NCBI RefSeq assembly: GCF_964000695.1
Contig: NZ_CAXEZH010000097.1
Direction: 5' to 3' (one strand)
Length of the DNA: 64,000 bases
From: an uncultured Mycolicibacterium sp.
GTDB lineage: Bacteria; Actinomycetota; Actinomycetes; Mycobacteriales; Mycobacteriaceae
Under the pieces are notes generated by a model that made no database searches, had not been told where the DNA came from, and saw only the letters and a list, made by a program, of their open reading frames with translations. The position numbers and the translations under genes were made by a program. How positions within the stretch are numbered: the stretch's first letter is position 1; each line of letters opens with the position of its first letter. Positions 44,650-53,948 of this stretch are shown piece by piece.

Positions 44650-46181
44650 GGTCGCCGGATCTGGTGGACGGGATCGGCGCAATCGATGCCCTCGGCTGAG
44701 AGCCTGCGCTTGATGACCTTGAATGTCTCGGTGCGGGGCAGCGCAGTGGCCACCCGCACACAGACGGGCCATTGCTTGGGTCCGAGGTCGTCCTGCTCGG
44801 AGAGGAACCGGGCGAAGGCGGCGGGATCGAAGTCGATTCCCTCGGGCAGCACCAGCGCAGCCATGACCTGATCGCCCACGTTCGGATCCGGGATCGGGTA
44901 CACCACCGCCTCGGTGACGTCGGGGTAGCGCGCCAGGATTCGCTCGATCGGGGCGGTGCCGAGGTTCTCGCCGTCGACCCGCATCCAGTCACCGAGGCGC
45001 CCGGCGAAATAGGCGAACCCGTGGTCGTCCCGGTAGGCCAGGTCACCGCTGTGGTAGATACCGCCGGCCATGCGCTGCGCTTCGGCGTCGGGATCCTTGT
45101 AGTAGCCGCGGAACTGGCCGCGGCCGGTGGTGTTGACGAGCTCGCCGATCGCACCGGGTGGGCACGGTTCGCCGGTGTCGACGTCGACGATGTCGACACC
45201 GGCGGTCAGCGGCCCCAACGCGCCTTCCGGGGTGTCTGGCGTCCGGGCGATCGACACCCCGCCCTCGCTGGAGCCGAAGCCGTCGACGACGTCGACATCG
45301 AAGCGGTGCCGGAACCGCGCCAGGTCTCGAGGTGCCCCTTCGTTGCCGTAGGCGACCCGAAGCGGATTGTCTCGGTCGTCCGGCCGTTCCGGGGTGGCGA
45401 GGATGTAGGACAACGGCTTTCCGACGTAGTTGGCATACGTCGCACCGAAACGGCGCGTGTCGGGAATGAACTGGGACGCGGAGAACCTGCGCCGCAACGC
45501 AATCGATGCCTGGGCAGCGACAGCAGGTGCCCAACCGGCCATGATCGCGTTGCTGTGGAACAGCGGCATCGACAGGTAGCAAGTGTCCGTGGGTCCGAGG
45601 CCGAACCTGGTCGCGAGCATCACCCCGGGGAACGCCACCTTCTCGTGGGTGCAGCGCACGGCCTTCGGGTCTCCGCTGGTTCCCGAGGTGAAAATCAACA
45701 TGAACAGATCGTCAAGATCGACCGTCGGGAACTTCACGACGGCGCCGCGGTGGGCGCGCAGTTCGTCGGCGAATTCAGCAGACTCGACGTCGATCGCGTC
45801 GACGCCCGCGTCCTGCCCGACGGCATCGGACAACACCAATTGGCAGTCGGCGTGGGCGATGTCACGCTGCAGGGCCGCGCCGCGGCGGGTGGGGTTCAGC
45901 CCGACGGGCACGATCCCGGACAGCGCGGCGGCCACCAGCACCGTGCCGAAGAACGGCGTGTTGCCCAACAACACCCCGACATGGGGTGGCTCGGCCGGAT
46001 TTAGCCTGGCGCGCAGCGCTGCGGCGAGGTCGGCGCCGGCCTGGATGTGGTCACGCCAACTGGTGAACACCACCGTGTCCGCATCGGAGCCGGTGTCGCC
46101 GCCGGACTCGATCGCGGCCACACCCTGGTCGTCGACCTCGGTCAACGGCTCCAGCAGGGAAGCGACAGTCGGTTCGTCCAC
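44646..46181 (-). CDS. fadD17: acyl-CoA synthetase
   Basis: GTG 46181, 13 nt after the fadE27 stop. IFTSGTSGDPKAV. 511 aa (remembered Rv3506 is about 502). Position after fadE26-fadE27 as in Mtb. Confidence 0.8.
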   Translation of the reverse strand: MDEPTVASLLEPLTEVDDQGVAAIESGGDTGSDADTVVFTSWRDHIQAGADLAAALRARLNPAEPPHVGVLLGNTPFFGTVLVAAALSGIVPVGLNPTRRGAALQRDIAHADCQLVLSDAVGQDAGVDAIDVESAEFADELRAHRGAVVKFPTVDLDDLFMLIFTSGTSGDPKAVRCTHEKVAFPGVMLATRFGLGPTDTCYLSMPLFHSNAIMAGWAPAVAAQASIALRRRFSASQFIPDTRRFGATYANYVGKPLSYILATPERPDDRDNPLRVAYGNEGAPRDLARFRHRFDVDVVDGFGSSEGGVSIARTPDTPEGALGPLTAGVDIVDVDTGEPCPPGAIGELVNTTGRGQFRGYYKDPDAEAQRMAGGIYHSGDLAYRDDHGFAYFAGRLGDWMRVDGENLGTAPIERILARYPDVTEAVVYPIPDPNVGDQVMAALVLPEGIDFDPAAFARFLSEQDDLGPKQWPVCVRVATALPRTETFKVIKRRLSAEGIDCADPVHQIRRP

Positions 46182-46194
46182 CGTGACGCGCGAA

Positions 46195-47292
46195 TCAGGC
46201 TGGGGTGTCTGCCAGCTCGCGGCCGATGTGCAGTAGCGCCCCCGTGGCGCCACCGACCGCGAACTCCGTCTGCTTGGCGGCCAGGAAGTAGCGGTGTACC
46301 GGATGGTCGGTGTCGATGCCGACGCCGCCGTGCACGTGCACGGTCGTGTGCGCGACCCGGTGCCCGGCCTCCGCGGCCCAGAACGCAGCGGTGTTGACGT
46401 CGATGTCTGCCGGCAGCCCCTCCGAGAGGCGCCATGCCGCCTGGGTCAGGGTCAGCCGCAAGGCCTTGACATCGATGTAGCCGTCGGCCAGCCGCGCCGA
46501 CACCGCCTGGAAGCTGCCGATCGGCCGCTCGAACTGTTCGCGCTCGCGGGCGTACACCGCGGTCAGCTCCAACGCGCGTTCGACAACGCCGAGCTGGAAC
46601 GCACTGCGACCCAACCGGCCGAGCGTCGTCAGCCAGGCGAGCGTTTCGGCGTCACCGACCACCCGGTCGGCGCTCACCTCGACCCCGCGCAGTTCCAGAT
46701 GGCCCATGCTGCCGCGTCCGGTCGTGCTCAGCGCGTCGACGGTCACACCGGCGTCGTCCTTGGCGACGAGGAAGACCTTTGTGCCGGCATCGGTTTCAGC
46801 GGGGACCAGGAACGCGTCAGCCAGCGGGCCGTAACTGACCTGGGTCCGGGTGCCCGTCAGCCGGTAGCCGCCGTCGGCGGAGTGCGCCTGCACGGGGCCC
46901 TCGCCCATGTCACCGTCCAGTGCGACGGTGAGGATCTTCTCCCCGGTCACCGCCGGCCGGGCCCACTGCTCACGCACGGTCTCGTCGCCGAACTTCTCCA
47001 GCCCGGCTGCGGCGAGCACCACCGATTCGAGGTAGGGCACGGCCGACATCTGCCTGCCCAACGCGACGAGCACCGCCACCTGTTCGAGTAACCCGAACCC
47101 GCCTCCACCCAGCGATTCCGGGGCGGCTGCGGAGAGAATGTCGGCGTCGATCAGCTTGCGCCACAGAGCGCTGTCGAAGCGCTGCTCGAGGCCGTCGAGC
47201 TCCTTCTGGTGTTCGGGCGTGCACACCGACTCGGTGATGGTGCGCACCAGGCCGCCGAGGTCCTCGCTGGCTTCGGTCGTGTTGAAATCCAT
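46195..47292 (-). CDS. fadE27: acyl-CoA dehydrogenase, ChsE5-type subunit
   Basis: 365-aa ACAD-fold ORF immediately after fadE26. Synteny with Rv3505. Confidence 0.88.
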   Translation of the reverse strand: MDFNTTEASEDLGGLVRTITESVCTPEHQKELDGLEQRFDSALWRKLIDADILSAAAPESLGGGGFGLLEQVAVLVALGRQMSAVPYLESVVLAAAGLEKFGDETVREQWARPAVTGEKILTVALDGDMGEGPVQAHSADGGYRLTGTRTQVSYGPLADAFLVPAETDAGTKVFLVAKDDAGVTVDALSTTGRGSMGHLELRGVEVSADRVVGDAETLAWLTTLGRLGRSAFQLGVVERALELTAVYAREREQFERPIGSFQAVSARLADGYIDVKALRLTLTQAAWRLSEGLPADIDVNTAAFWAAEAGHRVAHTTVHVHGGVGIDTDHPVHRYFLAAKQTEFAVGGATGALLHIGRELADTPA

Positions 47293-47310
47293 GGTGGTGT
47301 CCGCCCTTTC

Positions 47311-48492
47311 CTACCGGTTCACCCGGGGCAGCCCGAGGGCGACCATGCCGATGATGTCGCGCTGGATCTCGTTGGTCCCGCCGCCGAAGGTCAGGATGAG
47401 GCAGGAACGGTGCATCCGTTCGATCCGGCCGCGCAGCAATGCACCCGCCGAATCCGTGCGCAGCGTCGCCGCGGAGCCGAGCACCTCCATCAGCAGCCGG
47501 TACGCCTCGGTGGCCAGTTCGGTGCCGTAGACCTTGGCCGCCGACGCGTCAGCCGGCGACGGGGCGGAATCGGTTGCCGAGGCCAGCTCCCAGTTGATCA
47601 GCTTGAGCACCTCGGCCTTGGCGTGCACCCGGGCCAGGTTGAGTTGCACCCACTCCGCGTCGATCAGGCGTTTGCCGTGCACGTCCTTGGTGTTCTGCGC
47701 CCACTCACGGACACCGCCGAGCGCGACGAAGATCGGCTGTGCCGACACCAGTGCGACGCGTTCGTGGTTGAGCTGATTGGTCACCAGTTTCCAGCCGGCG
47801 TTCTCCTCGCCGACCAGGCTGGTCACCGGCACACGCACATCCTGGTAGTAGGTGGCGCTGGTATCGACACCGGCCATGGTGTGCACCGGTGTCCACGAGA
47901 AGCCCTCGGCGGTGGTGGGCACGATCAGCATCGAGATGCCGCGGTGCTTCTTCGCGTCGGGGTTGGTGCGCGCCGCCAGCCACACATAGTCGGCGTAGGC
48001 GATCAGCGACGTCCACATCTTCTGACCGTTGATGACGTAGTCGTCCCCGTCGCGCACCGCGGTGGTCCGCAGCGACGCCAGGTCGGTGCCCGCACCGGGC
48101 TCGGAATAACCGATGGAGAAGTGCAGCTCGCCGGCGGCGATCTTGGGCAGAAAGAAGCGCTTCTGCTCGTCGGAGCCGAAGTGCATGATCGTCGGCGCGA
48201 CGCTGTTGATGGTGAGGAACGGCACCGGCACGTTGGCGATCGCGGCTTCGTCGTTGAAGATCAGCCCGTCCATCGGCGGCCGCGCCTGCCCGCCGAACTC
48301 CTCGGGCCACGACAGCGTCAGCCAGCCGTCCTTGCCCATCTGCGCCACCGTCTCGCGGTAGACGTTGCCGCGGCCCATCTCGCCGTCGCTGGCCGCCAAG
48401 GCCTCGGCCCGCTCCGGGGTCATGAGCTTGGTGAAGTACGCCCGCAGTTCGCGGCGCAGCTCCTCCTGTTCAGGCGTGTAGCCGATCCGCAT
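47311..48492 (-). CDS. fadE26: acyl-CoA dehydrogenase, ChsE4-type subunit
   Basis: 393-aa ACAD ORF (GYSEPGAGTDLASL...). KstR operator upstream. Synteny with Rv3504. Confidence 0.9.
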   Translation of the reverse strand: MRIGYTPEQEELRRELRAYFTKLMTPERAEALAASDGEMGRGNVYRETVAQMGKDGWLTLSWPEEFGGQARPPMDGLIFNDEAAIANVPVPFLTINSVAPTIMHFGSDEQKRFFLPKIAAGELHFSIGYSEPGAGTDLASLRTTAVRDGDDYVINGQKMWTSLIAYADYVWLAARTNPDAKKHRGISMLIVPTTAEGFSWTPVHTMAGVDTSATYYQDVRVPVTSLVGEENAGWKLVTNQLNHERVALVSAQPIFVALGGVREWAQNTKDVHGKRLIDAEWVQLNLARVHAKAEVLKLINWELASATDSAPSPADASAAKVYGTELATEAYRLLMEVLGSAATLRTDSAGALLRGRIERMHRSCLILTFGGGTNEIQRDIIGMVALGLPRVNR

Positions 48493-48572
48493 CGCGTCGT
48501 CCTCACTTGTCTGCGAGCCTTGGTAAAGATGTCATTCTCGGATGCCTGGTGGCACCTCAGGGCTACCCCGGT

Positions 48573-48586
48573 TGTAACACGTTCTA
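48573..48586. promoter_or_regulatory. KstR-type operator TGTAACACGTTCTA (fadE26 / fdxD divergent region)
   Basis: Matches TnnAACnnGTTnnA. Confidence 0.85.
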
Positions 48587-48663
48587 GTGTTGGGGTCCAG
48601 GGTGGTGTCACACTGGTTGCCCGACAGCATCGGACCAACAGCCCGGACCGACAGGAGGTTCTC

Positions 48664-48855
48664 ATGCGAGTGGAAGTGGATCGTGACCGCTGCGAAGGTA
48701 ACGCGGTGTGCGTCGGAATAGCCCCCGACCTGTTCGACCTCGACGACGAGGACTACGCCGTGGTGAAGTCCGATCCCGTGCCGCCGGGGGAGGAGGCCGT
48801 GGCCGAGCAGGCCATCGCCGAGTGCCCGCGCGCCGCCCTGATCCGTCACGACTAG
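48664..48855 (+). CDS. fdxD: small [3Fe-4S]-type ferredoxin
   Basis: ACAGGAGG RBS. 63 aa, as remembered for Rv3503c. CEGNAVC...ECP cluster ligands. Confidence 0.88.
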   Translation: MRVEVDRDRCEGNAVCVGIAPDLFDLDDEDYAVVKSDPVPPGEEAVAEQAIAECPRAALIRHD

Positions 48856-48868
48856 AGGTATTCGTACT

Positions 48869-49804
48869 TTGTCTTCTGCTGAGTCTTCTTCGCCCTCTCC
48901 TGACACCGACCTGTCCGGTCGCGTCGCGGTCGTCACCGGCGCCGCGGCGGGTCTCGGCCGTGCCGAAGCCATCGGGCTGGCCAGGGCCGGTGCCACCGTC
49001 GTCGTCAACGACATCGCCCCCGCCCTGGACAAGTCCGACGTGATGGACGAGATCGCTGCCGTCGGGTCCAAGGGCGTCGCCGTCGCCGGCGACATCAGCC
49101 AGCGCGCCACCGCCGACGAGTTGGTCGAGACGGCCGATGGCCTCGGTGGGCTGGGCATCGTGGTCAACAACGCCGGCATCACCCGCGACCGGATCCTGTT
49201 CAACATGACCGACGAGGAATGGGACGCGGTCATCGCAGTGCACCTGCGCGGGCATTTCCTGCTGACCCGCAACGCTGCGACGTACTGGCGGGCGAAGGCC
49301 AAGGCGGGTGACGGCCGGGTGTACGGCCGCATCATCAACACCAGCTCCGAGGCCGGCCTGTCGGGCCCGGTCGGGCAGCCCAACTACGGCGCCGCCAAGG
49401 CGGGGATCACCGCGCTGACACTGTCGGCGGCGCGCGCACTGGAGCGGTTCGGTGTGCGCGCCAACGCGATCGCGCCTCGGGCCCGCACGGCGATGACGGC
49501 CGGGGTGTTCGGCGATGCGCCCGAACTGTCTGACGGCGCCGTCGACCCGTTGTCGCCCGAACATGTGGTCAACCTGGTCCGATTCCTGGCATCTCCGGCC
49601 TCCGAAGCGGTCAACGGACAGCTGTTCATCGTCTATGGTCCGACGGTGACGCTCATTGCTGCTCCGACCGCGGAGCGGCAGTTCAGCGCCGACGGAGAGA
49701 TCTGGGAACCGGCACAGTTGTCCGACGAGTTGCGGAGCTACTTTGCTGACAGGGATCCGGAGCGGAGTTTCTCGGCCGCTATGGGGCTCGGAGATCGAGA
49801 CTGA
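48869..49804 (+). CDS. hsd4A: 17-beta-hydroxysteroid/3-hydroxyacyl-CoA dehydrogenase (SDR)
   Basis: TTG start after AGAGG. VAVVTGAAAGLGRAEA, NNAG, YGAAKAG. Synteny with Rv3502c. Confidence 0.88.
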   Translation: MSSAESSSPSPDTDLSGRVAVVTGAAAGLGRAEAIGLARAGATVVVNDIAPALDKSDVMDEIAAVGSKGVAVAGDISQRATADELVETADGLGGLGIVVNNAGITRDRILFNMTDEEWDAVIAVHLRGHFLLTRNAATYWRAKAKAGDGRVYGRIINTSSEAGLSGPVGQPNYGAAKAGITALTLSAARALERFGVRANAIAPRARTAMTAGVFGDAPELSDGAVDPLSPEHVVNLVRFLASPASEAVNGQLFIVYGPTVTLIAAPTAERQFSADGEIWEPAQLSDELRSYFADRDPERSFSAAMGLGDRD

Positions 49805-49834
49805 CGGTCTTCATGACCGACCGAGCTCGCCCAT

Positions 49835-49848
49835 TAGAACACGTTCTA
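49835..49848. promoter_or_regulatory. KstR-type operator TAGAACACGTTCTA, distal site upstream of mce4
   Basis: Perfect palindromic match, 30 nt after the hsd4A stop. Confidence 0.85.
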
Positions 49849-49914
49849 GGCAGCTGTGGTTCCGCTGCGCCTTGAGCTGGGAAAATGTAACGATTCCGGC
49901 GGTTTTACCGAACT

Positions 49915-49944
49915 TTGACAGTGCGAACACGTTCTAGTTAGTAT
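49915..49944 (+). promoter_or_regulatory. candidate mce4 promoter with an embedded KstR-type operator
   Basis: -35 TTGACA (49915..49920), -10 TAGTAT (49939..49944), and operator GCGAACACGTTCTA (49923..49936) filling the spacer. About 115 nt upstream of yrbE4A. Confidence 0.55.
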
Positions 49945-50058
49945 GATCCGGCTCACTAAGTGGAGCGCTTACACCAGGGTGGGTCCAGGGCTACGGCGAC
50001 CAATGTCGAACTATTCGCCACAGTATGTGCCTGAGCCCGCTGGGAGAACGGAGCCGAG

Positions 50059-50820
50059 GTGATCGAACAACTTGCGGCGCCTGCGCGGGCCGTGGGTGGG
50101 TTCGTCGAAATGTCCTTGGACACGTTCGTCAAGACGTTCCGCCGGCCGTTCCAGTTCCGGGAGTTCCTCGACCAGACGTGGATGATCGCCCGCGTCTCGC
50201 TGCTGCCGACGCTGCTGGTCGCGATCCCGTTCACAGTGCTGGTCGCCTTCACGCTCAACATCCTGCTGCGCGAGATCGGAGCGGCGGACCTGTCCGGTGC
50301 CGGCACCGCGTTCGGCACCATCACCCAGCTGGGTCCGGTCGTGACGGTGCTCGTGGTGGCCGGTGCGGGTGCCACGGCGATCTGCGCGGACCTCGGCGCC
50401 CGCACGATCCGCGAGGAGATCGACGCGATGCGGGTGCTGGGCATCGACCCGATCCAGCGCCTCGTGGTGCCGCGCGTGCTGGCCTCCACCTTCGTCGCCC
50501 TGCTACTCAACGGCCTGGTCTGCCTGATCGGTCTGTCCGGCGGCTACGTGTTCTCGGTGTTCCTGCAGGGGGTGAACCCAGGCTCCTTCATCAACGGACT
50601 GACCGTGTTGACCGGACTTCCCGAGCTCATTCTCGCCGAGATCAAGGCGCTGCTGTTCGGCGTCGTCGCCGGGCTGGTGGGCTGCTATCGGGGGTTGACC
50701 GTGCAGGGCGGCCCGAAGGGCGTCGGCAACGCGGTCAACGAAACGGTCGTCTACGCCTTCATCTGTCTGTTCGTGATCAACGTGATCATGACGGCAGTGG
50801 GAGTAAGGGTGCTGGCCTGA
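50059..50820 (+). CDS. yrbE4A: Mce4 permease subunit (MlaE-like)
   Basis: GTG start after GGAGAACGGAG. 253 aa (remembered Rv3501c is 254). Multi-TM with EIDAMRVLGIDPI motif. Confidence 0.92.
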   Translation: MIEQLAAPARAVGGFVEMSLDTFVKTFRRPFQFREFLDQTWMIARVSLLPTLLVAIPFTVLVAFTLNILLREIGAADLSGAGTAFGTITQLGPVVTVLVVAGAGATAICADLGARTIREEIDAMRVLGIDPIQRLVVPRVLASTFVALLLNGLVCLIGLSGGYVFSVFLQGVNPGSFINGLTVLTGLPELILAEIKALLFGVVAGLVGCYRGLTVQGGPKGVGNAVNETVVYAFICLFVINVIMTAVGVRVLA

Positions 50821-50848
50821 TGAGCGCTTGCGCGAAGAAGAGACAATC

Positions 50849-51691
50849 ATGAGTTACGACGCCACCCTGCGCTTCCGCCGCATGTTCCGCGGCGTACCCA
50901 GGGCTGTCGACACCGTGGGTGAGCAGGCCCTGTTCTACGGCGAGACCTTCCGCTACGTGCCCAACGCGATCACCCGGTATCGCAAGGAGACCATCCGGCT
51001 GATCGCCGAGATGTCCATGGGCACCGGGGCTCTGGTGATGATCGGCGGCACCGTCGGCGTGGCGGCGTTCATGACGCTGGCGTCCGGCGGCGTCATCGCG
51101 GTGCAGGGGTATTCGTCGCTGGGCAACATCGGTATCGAGGCGCTCACCGGCTTCCTGTCGGCTTTCCTGAACGTGCGCATCGTGGCTCCGGTGATCGCCG
51201 GCATCGCGCTGGCCGCCACCATCGGCGCGGGCGCCACGGCGCAGCTGGGCGCGATGCGTGTCGCCGAGGAGATCGATGCCGTGGAATCGATGGCGGTACA
51301 TGCGGTGTCATATCTGGTGTCCACCCGCTTGATCGCCGGCCTCATCGCGATCGTGCCGCTGTACGCGCTGTCGGTGCTGGCGGCGTTCTTCGCCGCCCGG
51401 TTCACCACCGTCTACATCAACGGACAGTCCGCGGGTCTCTACGACCATTACTTCAACACGTTCCTGATACCCAGCGACCTGCTGTGGTCCTTCCTGCAGG
51501 CCATCGTCATGGCCGTGGCGGTCATGCTGATCCACACCTACTACGGCTACAACGCCTCCGGTGGGCCGGTCGGCGTCGGCATCGCGGTGGGCCAGGCGGT
51601 GCGGACCTCGCTGATCGCTGTCGTGACCATCGTCCTGCTGATCTCACTCGCCGTCTACGGCGCGTCCGGCAACTTCAATCTGTCGGGTTAG
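50849..51691 (+). CDS. yrbE4B: Mce4 permease subunit (MlaE-like)
   Basis: ATG 50849 gives 280 aa (remembered Rv3500c is 280). EIDAVESMAV motif. Confidence 0.92.
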   Translation: MSYDATLRFRRMFRGVPRAVDTVGEQALFYGETFRYVPNAITRYRKETIRLIAEMSMGTGALVMIGGTVGVAAFMTLASGGVIAVQGYSSLGNIGIEALTGFLSAFLNVRIVAPVIAGIALAATIGAGATAQLGAMRVAEEIDAVESMAVHAVSYLVSTRLIAGLIAIVPLYALSVLAAFFAARFTTVYINGQSAGLYDHYFNTFLIPSDLLWSFLQAIVMAVAVMLIHTYYGYNASGGPVGVGIAVGQAVRTSLIAVVTIVLLISLAVYGASGNFNLSG

Positions 51692-51702
51692 GTCGGTGAT
51701 TC

Positions 51703-52905
51703 ATGGCAGACGGTGACGCCAAGCGCAGCCACGTCCGTATCGCTGCGGCCATCCTGGCCGCGGTCGTGCTCGCCGCGGTCGTGTTCACCTACCTCTCCTA
51801 CACCGCCGCTTTCACGCCGACCGACAAGGTCACGGTGCTCTCGCCGCGGGCCGGCCTGGTCATGGAGACCAAAGCCAAGGTCAAGTACCGGGGCGTACAG
51901 ATCGGCGAGGTCGAGTCCATCGACTACGCCGGCGACATGGCCAAACTGACGCTGGCGATCCGCAGCGGAGAGATGCAGTACGTTCCGGCGAACGCGCCGG
52001 TGCGGATCGCGGGAACCACGATCTTCGGCGCCAAGGCCGTCGAGTTCCTCGCACCGCAGGACCCCTCGGGAAAATCGCTGCGGCCCGGCGCCGAGGTCCA
52101 GGCCAAGGACGTCCAGCTGGAAGTCAACACGCTGTTTCAGACGTTGACCGACACGCTCAGCAAGATCGACCCCATCAACCTGAACGCGACGCTGTCCGCT
52201 CTGGCCGAAGGGTTGCGCGGTAACGGCGACGACCTGGGTGCCACGATGGCCGGGCTGAACACCTACCTGGGCCGGTTCAACCCGAAACTTCCGGCGCTGC
52301 AGGAGGATCTGCGTCGCACCGCCGGAGTCGCGAACATCTATGCCGACGCCGGCCCCGACCTCGCGCGCATTCTGGACAACGCCCCGTCCATCGCTCAGAC
52401 GGTGGTCGACGAGCAGGACAACCTCAACGCGACGCTGTTGGCGGCAACCGGGCTGGCGAACAACGGTACGGCCACCCTGGAGCCGGCCGCCGACGACTAC
52501 ATCGCCGCGATCCAACGGCTGCGGGCTCCGCTGGACGTCGCCAGCGAGTACTCGCCGGTGATCGGTTGCACGATCGACGGCACCGCCAGGGCGATCGACA
52601 CGTTCGCGCCCATCATCGGCGGTATCCGGCCGGGCCTGTTCGTGTCGTCGAGCTTCATCCCGGGTGCTCCCTCGTACACGTACCCGGAGAGCCTGCCGAT
52701 CGTGAACGCTTCGGGCGGACCGAACTGCCGCGGCCTGCCCAACGTGCCCGGAGTGCAGTACGGCGGTTCCTACTACCGCACCCCGTTCCTGGTGACCGAC
52801 AACGCCTACGTTCCCTTCCAGCCGAACACCGAATTGCAGTTCGACGCGCCTTCGACGCTGCAGTTCCTGTTCAACGGCGCGTACGCAGAGCGGGATGATT
52901 ACTGA
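51703..52905 (+). CDS. mce4A: Mce4 substrate-binding protein A
   Basis: 400 aa (remembered Rv3499c is 400). N-terminal TM plus Mce domain (VKYRGVQIGEVESI). Confidence 0.92.
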   Translation: MADGDAKRSHVRIAAAILAAVVLAAVVFTYLSYTAAFTPTDKVTVLSPRAGLVMETKAKVKYRGVQIGEVESIDYAGDMAKLTLAIRSGEMQYVPANAPVRIAGTTIFGAKAVEFLAPQDPSGKSLRPGAEVQAKDVQLEVNTLFQTLTDTLSKIDPINLNATLSALAEGLRGNGDDLGATMAGLNTYLGRFNPKLPALQEDLRRTAGVANIYADAGPDLARILDNAPSIAQTVVDEQDNLNATLLAATGLANNGTATLEPAADDYIAAIQRLRAPLDVASEYSPVIGCTIDGTARAIDTFAPIIGGIRPGLFVSSSFIPGAPSYTYPESLPIVNASGGPNCRGLPNVPGVQYGGSYYRTPFLVTDNAYVPFQPNTELQFDAPSTLQFLFNGAYAERDDY

Positions 52906-53948
52906 TGAGCAGGATGAGAGCCGATCGCACGCTGATCAACGTCTCGGTGTTCACCGTGGTCATGCTGGTGGTCGCCACGTCGCTGGTGGTGGTCTTCGGC
53001 GAGTTCCGCTTCGGTTCCGACAAGGGTTATCACGCGACGTTCACCGATGCGTCGCGGCTGAAATCCGGTGAGGACGTACGGATCGCGGGTGTCCCGGTGG
53101 GTACCGTCGACGGCGTCACGCTCAACGAGGACAACACTGTCGACGTGGCATTCACCGTCGCCGACCGCTACCAGCTCTACACCTCGACCCGGGCAGTTGT
53201 GCGGTACGAGAACCTGGTCGGCGACCGGTACCTGGAGATCACCTCGGGGCCCGGCGATCTTGTGAAGCTCGCACCCGGGGCCACGATTCCGAAGGACAAC
53301 ACCGCGCCCGCGCTGGATCTCGATGCGCTGCTCGGCGGCCTGCGCCCCGTCCTGAAAGGGCTGGAAGGCAAGAAGATCAACGAGATCAGCAGCGCGGTGA
53401 TCGAACTGCTGCAGGGCCAGGGCGGCGCGTTGTCCAGCATGCTGGCGTCGACCAGCGCCTTCACCCAGGACCTGGCGGCCCGCGACCAGCTGATCGGCGA
53501 CGTCATCACCAATCTCAACACCGTGCTGGGCACCGTGGACGAGAAGGGCGCCGAGTTCGACGCCAGCGTCGACCAGCTGCAGCAGCTGCTCACCGGTCTG
53601 GCCGAGGGGCGTGATCCGATCGCCGGCGCGATCGGCCCGCTGGCCACCGCGGAGACCGACCTGACCGAGATGCTGGAGCAGTCCCGCCGACCGATCCAGG
53701 GTGTCATCGAGAATGCCCGGCCGCTGGCGCAGCGCATGGACGAGCGCAAGGCCGACATCAACAAGGTGATCGAACCGCTGGCCGAGAATTACCTGCGGCT
53801 CAACGCGTTGGGCGCCTATGGTGCGTTCTTCAACATCTATTACTGCTCCATCCGGATGAAGATCAACGGACCCGCGGGCAGCGACATCCTGATCCCGTTC
53901 GGCGGTCCGCCGGACCCGTCGAAGGGGAGGTGTTCCGAGAATGGCTAA
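52905..53948 (+). CDS. mce4B: Mce4 substrate-binding protein B
   Basis: TGATG overlap with mce4A. TM plus Mce domain (VRIAGVPVGTVDGV). Confidence 0.92.
   Translation: MSRMRADRTLINVSVFTVVMLVVATSLVVVFGEFRFGSDKGYHATFTDASRLKSGEDVRIAGVPVGTVDGVTLNEDNTVDVAFTVADRYQLYTSTRAVVRYENLVGDRYLEITSGPGDLVKLAPGATIPKDNTAPALDLDALLGGLRPVLKGLEGKKINEISSAVIELLQGQGGALSSMLASTSAFTQDLAARDQLIGDVITNLNTVLGTVDEKGAEFDASVDQLQQLLTGLAEGRDPIAGAIGPLATAETDLTEMLEQSRRPIQGVIENARPLAQRMDERKADINKVIEPLAENYLRLNALGAYGAFFNIYYCSIRMKINGPAGSDILIPFGGPPDPSKGRCSENG

Noticed and set aside
43093-44871. 592-aa plus-strand ORF, plus 44772..46004 and 47209..48663
   Set aside because: They are antisense to the two acyl-CoA ligase genes and to fadE26. 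Only the last 192 nt of ORF 47209..48855 (fdxD, with its own RBS) is accepted.
49886-49899. Third KstR-like sequence TGTAACGATTCCGG between the two mce4 operators
   Set aside because: Only the left half-site matches, so the full TnnAACnnGTTnnA pattern is not met.
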